Below, piece after piece: positions 42,209 through 51,695 of a DNA stretch of 64,000 bases (positions are counted from its first letter, which is position 1; every line of letters starts with the position of its first letter). Source of the stretch: an uncultured cyanobacterium (GTDB taxonomy: Bacteria; Cyanobacteriota; Cyanobacteriia; PCC-9006; JAAUQQ01). Below the pieces are notes generated by a model. It was not told where the DNA came from and ran no database searches. It was given only the letters and a program-made list of their open reading frames with translations. Position numbers and translations under genes: made by a program. The stretch is taken from NCBI GenBank assembly GCA_963718615.1, contig OY970368.1, positions 1,408,001-1,472,000 on the forward strand. The letters are read 5' to 3'.

Positions 42209-43977
42209 AGCTGGGGACCCGCCCGGCTGACGGCTTTACAGACTCGGCCTTCAAACCGTTCAAAGAAGGCCCGAAACTGCCTTGCAAGCTGCATCGCACC
42301 CAGGGCAGCACCTGGAGCCTGGACTTCGGAGGCTGCCAATAGTGGGGTTAGTGGGGTTGGGACGAGGAACTGAAAAACAGGATGGAGCGTTTCTCCCCCG
42401 CCCGCCCCTGCCAGGAGGGCTTGAAGCTCCTGAAGCCCCTCTTGTTGCCGGGATTGGGGCTCACCGGAGGCCGAGATGGAGTGTGAATGAAGCTGGAGTT
42501 TGCTGGTATTGACTAACCAACAGTCAGGCCCTGGATTATAGCGACGTAGGCGATCGCCCAAAATCGCAGTCCGAACAATGGCATCCTCCACCGAGAGCGA
42601 GGGATCAAAACAGGGTACAAACCGCAGGGGATGACGGATACTGCTGGCCGATTGCCGTCGCTCCCCGCAGCCATAGCCGCAGAGAAAATAAAACAGTAGT
42701 TGTTCCGGCGTCAGCCGCGCGATGGGCGGCAATACCCCCAAAACATCCTGGACCAAGAGGAGAATCACCTGGGGAATGGTGCATGATGCTCGGGGATGAT
42801 CAATCCCGCTCGGACTCAGCCCATAGGCAGCACGGGGCAACTTGGCCCAGCGGCGATCGCCATAGTGGGGCAAACCGGAGCGCGGGTCTAACACCACATT
42901 TTCTAATAAGGCCCCAAAGCGGATCGCGGTCGTCCAGGGCGGAACAAGCGAGGCGAGGGGACTGGAAGGGGGCGCGGGGGCCAGCGGGGCGATCGCCCGA
43001 TAGCTGCCGCTAAGGGCTGGCATCAGTCCCAGGGGAGACCAACTATGGCCACTGGCTCCACTGGTGGGATAGCCCAGGGCATCTGCGAGGAGATCCCGTT
43101 GGGGTTCATCTCCCAGGAAAAGGACGGGTCTGGGCGGGGGTGGGGCAATGGGCGGATGGGAGGAGCCATGGACAAACGCCAGGGTACTGGGGAGGAGGAG
43201 CATGCGCTGGTGGGCGAGGCAATGACCCAGCAGTCGCAGCAGGGCCTCGACGATTTCTCCGCCATGGCGAGAGCCGCCAATCAGCGCCAGGTTGCGCTGG
43301 GGATGCAGGGCCACAAAGACTTCGCTCCGCAGTTCGGGATTGAGACTGGGCTCCCCCTTAAAACCGGGCAAAACGATCAGGGTAATTTGGGGGACAAAGC
43401 CCTCTGGAGAGGCGATCGCTAGCTCCGTCGGAATAGCATTGGCCCGTTCATCTGGCTCCAGCAAATGCCGTGCGAGGAGACTATGGGAGGCCAGCTCGGT
43501 AACCATGCGCACAGGAATACGCACTGATCCCCCGGCATAGCCATCCGTAAAGTAAAGCCCTTGACCTTGAACATAGGTCTGCACCTCTTGAAATAAGTGT
43601 TCAAAGGTCTGTTCCGAGAGGATCTGGGTCGTGGGACTCGCAGACTGGGTGGAACTGGGCGTTACCACAAAAAAATCCTGGGGCGATCGCTCCGTATGGG
43701 GCACCGTTTTCACACAAAACGCCCCCTGAGCCGAGAGTCCTCCTTCTCCCTGCATCAAGCCATGCTCAATCAGCTCAGGGACCGAAAGGTTGTAATAAAT
43801 CTGAGTCAGATCCCGCAGACCCAACGCCGCTCGAATGGGGTCGAGGGGAATGGGCGTACCTTGATGGGCCGCACGGGCTTGGGCCAGGCGACGGGAAAGG
43901 GCCTCGTAGTCTGCTGCCGACAATTCGGCATCGGAACCCGAACCATCATCGGAGGGTTGTCCTGCTTGAAATCCCAT
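42205..43977 (-). CDS. ATP-dependent PEP carboxykinase homolog with degenerate catalytic motifs (probable pseudoenzyme)
   Basis: Retains YNLSVPELIE, RSPQD, AIRFGALLENV, RAAY, DVLGVLPPIARLT and WLVNT, but lacks GLSGTGKT and IGDDEH. Confidence 0.75.
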   Translation of the reverse strand: MGFQAGQPSDDGSGSDAELSAADYEALSRRLAQARAAHQGTPIPLDPIRAALGLRDLTQIYYNLSVPELIEHGLMQGEGGLSAQGAFCVKTVPHTERSPQDFFVVTPSSTQSASPTTQILSEQTFEHLFQEVQTYVQGQGLYFTDGYAGGSVRIPVRMVTELASHSLLARHLLEPDERANAIPTELAIASPEGFVPQITLIVLPGFKGEPSLNPELRSEVFVALHPQRNLALIGGSRHGGEIVEALLRLLGHCLAHQRMLLLPSTLAFVHGSSHPPIAPPPPRPVLFLGDEPQRDLLADALGYPTSGASGHSWSPLGLMPALSGSYRAIAPLAPAPPSSPLASLVPPWTTAIRFGALLENVVLDPRSGLPHYGDRRWAKLPRAAYGLSPSGIDHPRASCTIPQVILLLVQDVLGVLPPIARLTPEQLLFYFLCGYGCGERRQSASSIRHPLRFVPCFDPSLSVEDAIVRTAILGDRLRRYNPGPDCWLVNTSKLQLHSHSISASGEPQSRQQEGLQELQALLAGAGGGETLHPVFQFLVPTPLTPLLAASEVQAPGAALGAMQLARQFRAFFERFEGRVCKAVSRAGPQL

Positions 43978-44215
43978 GGCGAACCTAATGAAGATGAAGC
44001 TCACTCCGGGTAAGGGGGCGGAACGATAACTTCGGAATAGGGACTGTAAAGAAACCAGAAAATTCCTTTGGCCTAGCCTAGCTCTGGATGTCGCTGCTGC
44101 GGGCTTGCTTGAAGATTAACAACTAAAAATGCAGCAAAACTGTACAAATCGTCAGAAAGCAATCGTTCCTGGTATCCTCTGCTGTTTGAGGCTGATCTTT
44201 CCTCCAACGCTGCTT

Positions 44216-46303
44216 ATGGTTGCTCACAACGGTTTGTCTGATGGGGTGACTCCGCCCCTCGCCCCCCGGTTCCCTCAGGTTTTGGAAATCCATGGCGATC
44301 GCCGGGTGGATGATTATTATGGGTTGCGCGATCGCGAAAACCCTGCGGTCATCGACTATCTTCAGGCCGAGAATGCCTATACCGAAGCCCAAATGGCGGT
44401 CACGGCAGAGCTCCAGCAGCAACTCTATGACGAAATGCTGGGTCGGATCCAGGAGACAGACCTCTCGGTCCCCTACCGTCATGGCGACTATTTTTACTAT
44501 GGGCGCACGGAGGCGGGAAAAGCCTACGGCATTCTCTGCCGCAAGCGAGGCAGCCTAGAGGCAGCCGAAGAAATTTTGCTGGACGAAAACCAGTTGGCGG
44601 AAGGTGAGGAATTTTTCGACCTGGGCAACTATGTGGTGAGTCCCAACCACCAGCTCCTGGCCTATTCCACAGATACCGATGGTTCAGAGCATTACAGGCT
44701 GGTCTTCAAGGATTTACAAGCCGGAACCCTATTTCCGGAGCAGATTGCCGATGTGGATAGCGTGGTCTGGGCCCAGGATAACCAAACCCTGTTCTATACC
44801 CGTCTGGATGCCGCCAATCGACCGTTTCAGCTTTGGCGGCATGACCTTGGGACGGATCCCGCCGAGGATGTTCTGGTTTATGAAGAGGCCGACGAGGCGT
44901 TTTATTTGTCGGTGGATGTGACCCGCAGCGATGCCTACATTGTGCTCAGTGCGGAAAGCAAAATTACTACAGAAGTCCGATGTCTAGAGGCCCATCAGCC
45001 CACGGGGGAATTTCAAATTCTCTGTCCCCGCGAACGGGGCATTGAATACAGCGTGGTCCATCATCCCGGTGACCCCGCTGAGGCCAGTAGTAATCGGTTT
45101 TACATCATCACGAACGAGCAGGCGATCAACTTCAAGCTGATGGTGACGCCCGTTCATGCCTTTGAAAAAGCCCATTGGCAGACGGTTATTCCCCATCGGC
45201 CAGATGTGATGCTCAGCGGGGTCTCGGCCTTTGCCAACCACCTGGTGATCTATGAACGGCAGGCAGGACTGCCAACGATTCGGGTACAAACGCTCTCGAC
45301 GGGGACAGACCACAAAATTGACTTTCCCGAACCCACCTATGAGGTCTATGCCGGTTTTATGCCGGAGTTCCAGACCTCAACCCTGCGGTTTACCTACAGC
45401 TCGTTGATTACGCCTGCATCGGTATTTGATTACGACATGGAAACCCAGACGCGGGAGTTGAAAAAAGAAACACCGGTTCTGGGGGGTTACGATCGCACCC
45501 AATACCACAGCGAACGCCTGACCGCCCAAGCCCCTGACGGCACAGCGGTTCCCATTTCCTTGGTCTACCGCAAGGGCCTCGAAAAGAATGGGCAAAATCC
45601 GCTGTTTTTAGTGGGCTATGGTTCCTACGGTTATCCCTATCCGGCGACCTTTTCCTCCAATCGGTTGGCGTTGCTGGATCGGGGGGTGGTTTGTGCGATC
45701 GCCCACATTCGCGGTGGTGGCGAGCTGGGTCGCCAGTGGTATGAGGACGGCAAATTTCTTCACAAGAAAAATACGTTTACGGACTTTATCGCCTGTGCCG
45801 AGTCGCTCATCGCCCAGGGTTGGACCGATCAACGGCATCTGGTTATTTCTGGCGGCAGTGCCGGAGGGCTGTTGATGGGAGCCGTGTTGAATTTGCGGCC
45901 TGATTTGTTTCAGGGGGCGATCGCCGCCGTTCCCTTTGTGGATGTGGTGACCACGATTCTTGACCCGGATCTACCCCTTTCGGTGATGGAATGGGATGAG
46001 TGGGGCAACCCCCATGAACCGGACTACTACGACTATATGAAGTCCTATTCGCCCTACGACAATGTAACAGCCCAGGACTATCCCCATTTGCTGGTCACCG
46101 CCGGACTCAATGATCCCAGAGTCTCCTACTGGGAACCGGCCAAATGGACCGCCAAGCTCCGTACGCTCAAAACGGATCACCATCTACTCCTGCTCAAAAC
46201 CAACATGGATGCAGGTCATGGCGGAGCATCGGGTCGCTACGAACGCCTCAAGGAGCTAGCGTTTGAATATGCTTTTTTGTTGCATTGCCTCAGCCTTGAT
46301 TAG
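44216..46303 (+). CDS. ptrB: Oligopeptidase B (S9A)
   Basis: HGDRRVDDY, GYGSYG, HIRGGGE, GGSAGG nucleophile, DPRV and AGHGGASGRY. Start uncertain (44129 or 44216). Confidence 0.9.
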   Translation: MVAHNGLSDGVTPPLAPRFPQVLEIHGDRRVDDYYGLRDRENPAVIDYLQAENAYTEAQMAVTAELQQQLYDEMLGRIQETDLSVPYRHGDYFYYGRTEAGKAYGILCRKRGSLEAAEEILLDENQLAEGEEFFDLGNYVVSPNHQLLAYSTDTDGSEHYRLVFKDLQAGTLFPEQIADVDSVVWAQDNQTLFYTRLDAANRPFQLWRHDLGTDPAEDVLVYEEADEAFYLSVDVTRSDAYIVLSAESKITTEVRCLEAHQPTGEFQILCPRERGIEYSVVHHPGDPAEASSNRFYIITNEQAINFKLMVTPVHAFEKAHWQTVIPHRPDVMLSGVSAFANHLVIYERQAGLPTIRVQTLSTGTDHKIDFPEPTYEVYAGFMPEFQTSTLRFTYSSLITPASVFDYDMETQTRELKKETPVLGGYDRTQYHSERLTAQAPDGTAVPISLVYRKGLEKNGQNPLFLVGYGSYGYPYPATFSSNRLALLDRGVVCAIAHIRGGGELGRQWYEDGKFLHKKNTFTDFIACAESLIAQGWTDQRHLVISGGSAGGLLMGAVLNLRPDLFQGAIAAVPFVDVVTTILDPDLPLSVMEWDEWGNPHEPDYYDYMKSYSPYDNVTAQDYPHLLVTAGLNDPRVSYWEPAKWTAKLRTLKTDHHLLLLKTNMDAGHGGASGRYERLKELAFEYAFLLHCLSLD

Positions 46304-46537
46304 CTAAGTTTCGGTGGAGGCTGGTGGAGAAGAGGATTTCCTGGGATGCTCAGCGCTCTTGCCCCGAACCGGCGGAAGCCCTTCCACCAGCCCCATGGCA
46401 AATGCCGTATCGGGCAGATCACCCGCCAAATATCTCCCTGGCTCAAAAACCTTACCCGGCGTAAAACAGTGCTGCTTGAGCTGTACCCATTGCTCCGCTG
46501 CAAACATGCTGCGGTCCATTCGCCGTTCAATGCCCAT
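46304..46537 (-). CDS. Small hypothetical protein (77 aa)
   Basis: ATG with an AAAGGT RBS. The stop abuts the ptrB stop and the ORF fills the gap without overlap. Confidence 0.5.
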   Translation of the reverse strand: MGIERRMDRSMFAAEQWVQLKQHCFTPGKVFEPGRYLAGDLPDTAFAMGLVEGLPPVRGKSAEHPRKSSSPPASTET

Positions 46538-46660
46538 GGTGGTTACCTTTCAAAGCCATTTCCCTATAGGAACTATTCTAGATCTGCTTGCAAGGTTTGC
46601 GCTGAAACCACAACCGCTTCTTCCATAACTGCTCTTTCCATTCACTTTATTTTTTGTGGC

Positions 46661-46804
46661 TTATTTTGCGGCAAAACTACTCACGGTCGGTGAGTCCTGG
46701 GCGCTCGGATCCTCGCCAAATAAAACCCCAGAAATTAAAGACGCCATCAATAAACTGGCTAAGAAAAACATCCAGCCGGATTGTCTATTTTGTGATTGAC
46801 CCAT
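46661..46804 (-). CDS. Unannotated small membrane or secreted protein (47 aa)
   Basis: Manual translation MGQSQNRQSGWMFFLASLLMASLISGVLFGEDPSAQDSPTVSSFAAK*. One hydrophobic helix, AAGGGA upstream. Below the ORF-track length cutoff. Confidence 0.5.
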   Translation of the reverse strand: MGQSQNRQSGWMFFLASLLMASLISGVLFGEDPSAQDSPTVSSFAAK

Positions 46805-47273
46805 GATGCAATACGATTCCCTTCGTTGACAAAATCGAAGCTAACTGCTTAAGCATGGCAGTCTTAAGTTCAACACCTATAGCTTCACTTTGTACCCATT
46901 CAAGACCGGAAAAATACGATTATTTTATCAAGGGTTTTTCATTCAATTTTCAATGGAATAGCCGCCCAGATTTAGAGCAATGAGAATTAAATCTCTGAAT
47001 CAATAACGATTAAGCAACGGTTCAATAAATTACCTTGGAATCGTCAGAACACTACTAAAGACAAGTAAAGACAAGGCAATAAACAAGTATGACTTATCCG
47101 GAAAAGCTCTGAGCTCACGAAGCTCAGGGCTCAACAGGAACACGTAGTGGACAACCGAGTACATTGCACAAAAATACTCGTCGCGGGTGATAATTTATTC
47201 GTAATTTTACGAATCTTCGGCACTCCTAAAATCAGAGAGCGAGAGCTATAAAAAGTTAATCAAGAAGGATCAT

Positions 47274-47299
47274 AAAAAAGATGGGGATATCCCCATCTT
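47274..47299 (-). terminator. Intrinsic terminator after desB
   Basis: Perfect palindrome AAGATGGGGATATCCCCATCTT (47278-47299) with a T run on the minus strand. Confidence 0.75.
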
Positions 47300-47336
47300 G
47301 TGAATCTTTTTTCTGATTTAGCGAAAGAGAACTGAA

Positions 47337-48437
47337 TTATGGACGGAGATTTTGAACCGGTTGATAATAAACCTTAGCCCCATCATTGGCGACAAAGTGG
47401 CAAGTTTTATAGGACTGCCAAAAATCCTGCCAAATTGACGTATTGGATTTTCGGTAAAACTCCCCAAGGACTGGCTTAATCGCTTCCGTTGCTTCCAGGA
47501 GATGATAGTGCGGGATACTGAGGAAAATATGGTGCGCGACGTGGGTGCCGATGTGGTGATGAATCGGGTTAAACCAACCGTAGTCACGATCGATCGTCGA
47601 AAGCGCCCCTTTGAGAAAATACCAGTCTTCCGAGCGATACCAGGGAATATCCTGCTCGGTGTGGTGCAGATAGGTCACCAGGTCCAGCCAAACCACAAAG
47701 ATGACATAGGGGACCAGGTAATACTTGAGCAAAAACAGGAAGCCAAACTTCACCGTCGCGACGGTCAGCAAGGCCACCATCGCCGACCACCAGATCGTGC
47801 TGGTGATTACGTCTTGCTTTTCAGAGGGCTTAAACAGAGGGCTGCTCGGTAAGAAGTGAGAGCCTTGACGACCGGGCGATCGCTTAAATAAATAAATCGG
47901 ATAGGCAAACAGCAACAACGTAAACCGCACCATCTTCTCAGGCCACCCCATGGCGCGATACTGAGCCTCAGAGACGGGATACCAGCTTTCGTCGGTGTCA
48001 ATATTGCCGGTGTTGGCGTGGTGGGTCCGGTGGCTAATCCGCCAGCCGTGGTACGGCACCAAAATAAATGAATGGGTTAAATGACCCACTAAATCATTCA
48101 GCCAGCGGTGCTTGGAGAATGAACCATGGCCGCAGTCGTGGCCAATCACAAACAAAGCCCAGAACATCGTGCCTTGGAGAAACCAGAAAATGGGGAAGAA
48201 CCACCAGGAATCCAGGGTTGCGGCGAGCCCATACAACCCCACCACAATCCCCACATCGAGAACAGCGTAAGCCAGGGAACGAGCCGTGGAAGGCTCAAAA
48301 CAGCGGGCCGGAATCGCTGAGCGTACATCTTGAAGCGTAAACGGGACTTGCTCAGGACGACGACAGGCGCTCTCTGTCATGGGCTCGGTCAGCGGTCCAT
48401 TGAGCGGTTCCGGCGCGGATATCGATTGTGTTTGCAC
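47337..48437 (-). CDS. desB: Omega-3 (delta-15) fatty acid desaturase
   Basis: His boxes HDCGH, HRTHH and HVAHH, plus GTMFWALFV and DESWYP. GTG start 48437 preferred. Confidence 0.92.
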   Translation of the reverse strand: MQTQSISAPEPLNGPLTEPMTESACRRPEQVPFTLQDVRSAIPARCFEPSTARSLAYAVLDVGIVVGLYGLAATLDSWWFFPIFWFLQGTMFWALFVIGHDCGHGSFSKHRWLNDLVGHLTHSFILVPYHGWRISHRTHHANTGNIDTDESWYPVSEAQYRAMGWPEKMVRFTLLLFAYPIYLFKRSPGRQGSHFLPSSPLFKPSEKQDVITSTIWWSAMVALLTVATVKFGFLFLLKYYLVPYVIFVVWLDLVTYLHHTEQDIPWYRSEDWYFLKGALSTIDRDYGWFNPIHHHIGTHVAHHIFLSIPHYHLLEATEAIKPVLGEFYRKSNTSIWQDFWQSYKTCHFVANDGAKVYYQPVQNLRP

Positions 48438-48582
48438 GAAAACTTCCAAAACGAAATTTCAAATGTAAACAAATTTTAAGATAGTCCGTCTCATCTGGAG
48501 CATCTCTAGCAACAACAAAAACTCCGCCACAATCCGTCGCAAAAGTAAGCGGTCGTGCTACCCTGGAAAAGTTGTCAAAAAA

Positions 48583-48690
48583 CCACACACCTGGGATTTC
48601 GGGTGGTTTGAGTGCGTTTCGGGGCTCACTTTTTTGGGTTTCGCGCACCAAGCAGACTGCCTGGGTGGAGGATTAACCCGAAAGGAGACT
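48583..48690 (+). promoter_or_regulatory. rpsB 5' leader (S2 autoregulatory RNA) downstream of an extended -10 promoter
   Basis: CACACAC...GGGT...TGGAGG...AACCC elements typical of rpsB leaders. TGcTACCCT about 20 nt upstream. Confidence 0.6.
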
Positions 48691-48697
48691 AAATTCA

Positions 48698-49498
48698 ATG
48701 CCAGTCGTTTCTCTTGCCCAAATGATGGAGGCGGGGGTGCATTTTGGGCACCAAACCCGTCGATGGAACCCCAAGATGGGGAAATACATCTACACCTCCC
48801 GCAACGGCGTTCATATCATTGACCTGGTTCAAACCGCCAAGCTGATCGATAACGCCTACGGCTATATTCGGAACTCTTCCGAACAGGGCAAGCGTTTTCT
48901 GTTTGTCGGCACCAAGCGTCAGGCCGCAGGAATTATTGCCCAAGAAGCCTCTCGCTGTGGCGCTTACTTCGTCAATCAGCGGTGGTTGGGTGGCATGCTC
49001 ACCAACTGGGCGACGATCAAAAGTCGGGTGGATCGCCTTAAGGACCTAGAGCGGATGGAAGAGAGTGGCGCGATCGCCCTCCGTCCCAAGAAAGAAGCGG
49101 CTGTCCTGCGTCGCGAACTAGAGCGTCTGCGCAAATATCTGGGTGGCATCAAAAACATGCGCCGTCTCCCCGATGCGGTCGTCATCATTGACCAAAAGCG
49201 CGAATACAACGCCATTTTGGAATGTCAAAAGCTAGGAATTCCCATCATCTCGCTGTTGGATACCAACTGTGATCCTGATTTGGCTGATATTCCTATCCCC
49301 GCCAACGACGATGCGATTCGTTCGATCAAATTGATCATTGGTAAACTGGCCGACGCGATCTATGAAGGTCGTCATGGTGAACTGGATAGCGATGACTTTG
49401 TCGATGACTATGCCGGTGCCGAAGAAGATTACGACTACGACGTGGATCCAGAGGAAGAAGTCGCTGTTGAGGGTGACGGCGAAGAGTCTGCCGAATAG
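48698..49498 (+). CDS. rpsB: 30S ribosomal protein S2
   Basis: [30 protein letters not shown] and PANDDAIRS. Confidence 0.98.
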   Translation: MPVVSLAQMMEAGVHFGHQTRRWNPKMGKYIYTSRNGVHIIDLVQTAKLIDNAYGYIRNSSEQGKRFLFVGTKRQAAGIIAQEASRCGAYFVNQRWLGGMLTNWATIKSRVDRLKDLERMEESGAIALRPKKEAAVLRRELERLRKYLGGIKNMRRLPDAVVIIDQKREYNAILECQKLGIPIISLLDTNCDPDLADIPIPANDDAIRSIKLIIGKLADAIYEGRHGELDSDDFVDDYAGAEEDYDYDVDPEEEVAVEGDGEESAE

Positions 49499-49586
49499 GT
49501 CAGATTAGAGCCGTTGAGGTGATCTGCAAACCCGCTTGTATCGATCGCAAAAATCGCAAAATTAATCCAAGGGAGGATCAAAAACC

Positions 49587-50243
49587 ATGGCAGAAATTAG
49601 CGCAAAGCTTGTCAAGGAACTGCGCGATAAGTCCGGTGCAGGCATGATGGATTGCAAAAAGGCGCTGAAAGAAAGCAATGGCGAAGTGGAAAAGGCCATG
49701 GAATGGCTGCGCCAGAAAGGCATTGCCTCTGCCGATAAAAAGAGTGGTCGGACGGCGGCGGAAGGTCTGGTCGGAAGTTATATCCACACAGGCGGTCGCG
49801 TCGGCGTCTTGGTTGAAGTGAACTGCGAGACCGATTTCGTTGCCCGTGGCGACAAGTTCCAGGAACTCGTGCGCAACATCGCCATGCAAGTGGCAGCTTG
49901 CCCCAACGTGGAATTCGTCAGCACGGCGGATGTTCCCAGCGACCTGATCGAGAAGGAAAAAGAAATCGAGATGGGTCGTGAGGATCTGGCTAGCAAGCCT
50001 GAAAAAATGCGCGAGAAAATCGTCATGGGACGGATTGAAAAGCGCCGGAAGGAGTTGAGCCTGATGGATCAGCCCTATATCCGCGACCAAAGCATTACCG
50101 TTGAGGAACTGGTCAAGCAAAGCATTGCGGAATTGGGTGAAAACATCCAGATTCGGCGCTTTGTCCGGTTTGTCCTCGGTGAGGGCATCGAGAAGGAGGA
50201 AAGTGACTTCGCGGCAGAAGTGGCCGCTGCTGCTGGCAATTAA
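49587..50243 (+). CDS. tsf: Elongation factor Ts (short cyanobacterial form)
   Basis: [19 protein letters not shown] and EVNCETDFV. Confidence 0.98.
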   Translation: MAEISAKLVKELRDKSGAGMMDCKKALKESNGEVEKAMEWLRQKGIASADKKSGRTAAEGLVGSYIHTGGRVGVLVEVNCETDFVARGDKFQELVRNIAMQVAACPNVEFVSTADVPSDLIEKEKEIEMGREDLASKPEKMREKIVMGRIEKRRKELSLMDQPYIRDQSITVEELVKQSIAELGENIQIRRFVRFVLGEGIEKEESDFAAEVAAAAGN

Positions 50244-50299
50244 GTCCTGTTCAAACAGCCTTCGAAATTCAGGTTGATTTCGATCAACTGTCAGGCTGG

Positions 50300-50335
50300 G
50301 CATTCTCAGGGATTTCCTGGGAATGCTTTATTTTT
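50300..50335 (+). terminator. Intrinsic terminator after tsf
   Basis: GCATTCTCAGG-gattt-CCTGGGAATGC followed by a T-rich tail. Confidence 0.7.
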
Positions 50336-50399
50336 AGAGAGAAAGCTGCACTCATTCAGGGTTGGCAAGCAGGATAGTCTGAAATGGTGAATAAGCATT

Positions 50400-51620
50400 A
50401 TGGCGCGATCTGTTGGGCAAATTAATCAAGATTTGGCTCGTCTGGAGGAGCAATCCCAGGTGCTGGGTCAGCAGTTAACGCAGCTCTATGATCGCTATCT
50501 GGAAGAACTCAGTCAGGTCGCCTATCAGCAGCTCATTTCTGTGTGCTATCACCTCTGCACCCAAAGCTATCCGGATGCGTTTCTGCGATTGTCCTATCGT
50601 CAGCGCGAACAACTGCAGCGTCACATTCGAGAGGCGGCCCAGCAGCTGCAACATCGTCTGCACCGGTCTCGATTGCTAGAGACGCAACCCTCCCAGGATG
50701 ATGCCTTGCAGATGCTCGAAGCTACGCTGTTAGGAGAGTTGTCAAGCGGTCTTAGAACTACGGAACCGCCAGAACCTTCAGAACCTTCAGAACCTTCAGA
50801 ACCTTCAGAATTAGATCCAGCGGATCCAGCCTCCGAAGCCGACCTTTTGACCGAACCTGCAACCGGGTCTGCAACTCAACCTACAACCGAGTCTGCAACC
50901 TATTTTTCTTCCCCGGCAGCGACCGATGAGACACTGCCTCAATCCCCGTTTGCTGATTTTGGGGCTGAGCTGGGGAGTCCTGTGGATTTGCGATCGCCCG
51001 GAGTCCTAGCCAGCGCCCTGGCAGCGGAAATCGGCGGGATAAACCATGGAAGCCCTCGCTCCTCCCACAGCGATCCTGGAGAAGCATCGTCGCCGGACAG
51101 CCCCGAGCCAGAATCGGATACGCCGGAAAGTTTGTTGGCGTGGCAGCAGCGGCTAGAGCGTTGTATTTCCCAATCCCTGCGCCAAAGTTCTCAGGCTATG
51201 ACGCGGTTGCTGGAGAAAGCTTCGGTGCTCAATAATCAACTCCCCGAAGGTTTGCTTGCAGCCTCTCCCCACCAAGACTTAGAAGACGATGAAGAGGAGG
51301 ATACAGAGGAGTCGGAGGCACGGCATCCCCCCCAGCGTCCGCAACCGTCTGGTCAAAATTCCCCCCATATTCTGAGTTTGATGCTTGAACCAGCAGGGGG
51401 CGATCGCCGCGATAAGAGTACTCAAATTCAAATTGTGGCGATCTATCTACGGCTCTCGGAAATTGAGTTTTCAACCCCGGTGGTGATGGGCTGGCGCAAC
51501 CAGATTCGCGCGCAGCTTCAGCAGGTGCGGGAACTCAATCAGCGCTACCAGCTAAAACTCCGAGAGCGGGCGATCGCGGAAGCGGAAGCGGCTTGGCGCA
51601 GCAGTTGGTTTAATGGCTAA
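50400..51620 (+). CDS. Conserved cyanobacterial hypothetical coiled-coil protein between tsf and recG
   Basis: YHLCTQSYPDAFL.LS, LRLSEIEF and AEAEAAWRSSW motifs with low-complexity linkers. Confidence 0.8.
   Translation: MARSVGQINQDLARLEEQSQVLGQQLTQLYDRYLEELSQVAYQQLISVCYHLCTQSYPDAFLRLSYRQREQLQRHIREAAQQLQHRLHRSRLLETQPSQDDALQMLEATLLGELSSGLRTTEPPEPSEPSEPSEPSELDPADPASEADLLTEPATGSATQPTTESATYFSSPAATDETLPQSPFADFGAELGSPVDLRSPGVLASALAAEIGGINHGSPRSSHSDPGEASSPDSPEPESDTPESLLAWQQRLERCISQSLRQSSQAMTRLLEKASVLNNQLPEGLLAASPHQDLEDDEEEDTEESEARHPPQRPQPSGQNSPHILSLMLEPAGGDRRDKSTQIQIVAIYLRLSEIEFSTPVVMGWRNQIRAQLQQVRELNQRYQLKLRERAIAEAEAAWRSSWFNG
50772..50807 (+). repeat. 9-bp tandem repeat GAACCTTCA x4 (EPS)
   Basis: Directly visible and in frame. 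Confidence 0.9.
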
Positions 51621-51695
51621 CGGGGTCGGTTTCATCTCTACAATGGGAATTGGCACTAGAGCGTTGGTGCTGGTTTTCGTGCGATCGCCCTGCCC

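Noticed and set aside
49587-50243. EF-Ts looks truncated (218 aa)
   Set aside because: The short form is normal in cyanobacteria.
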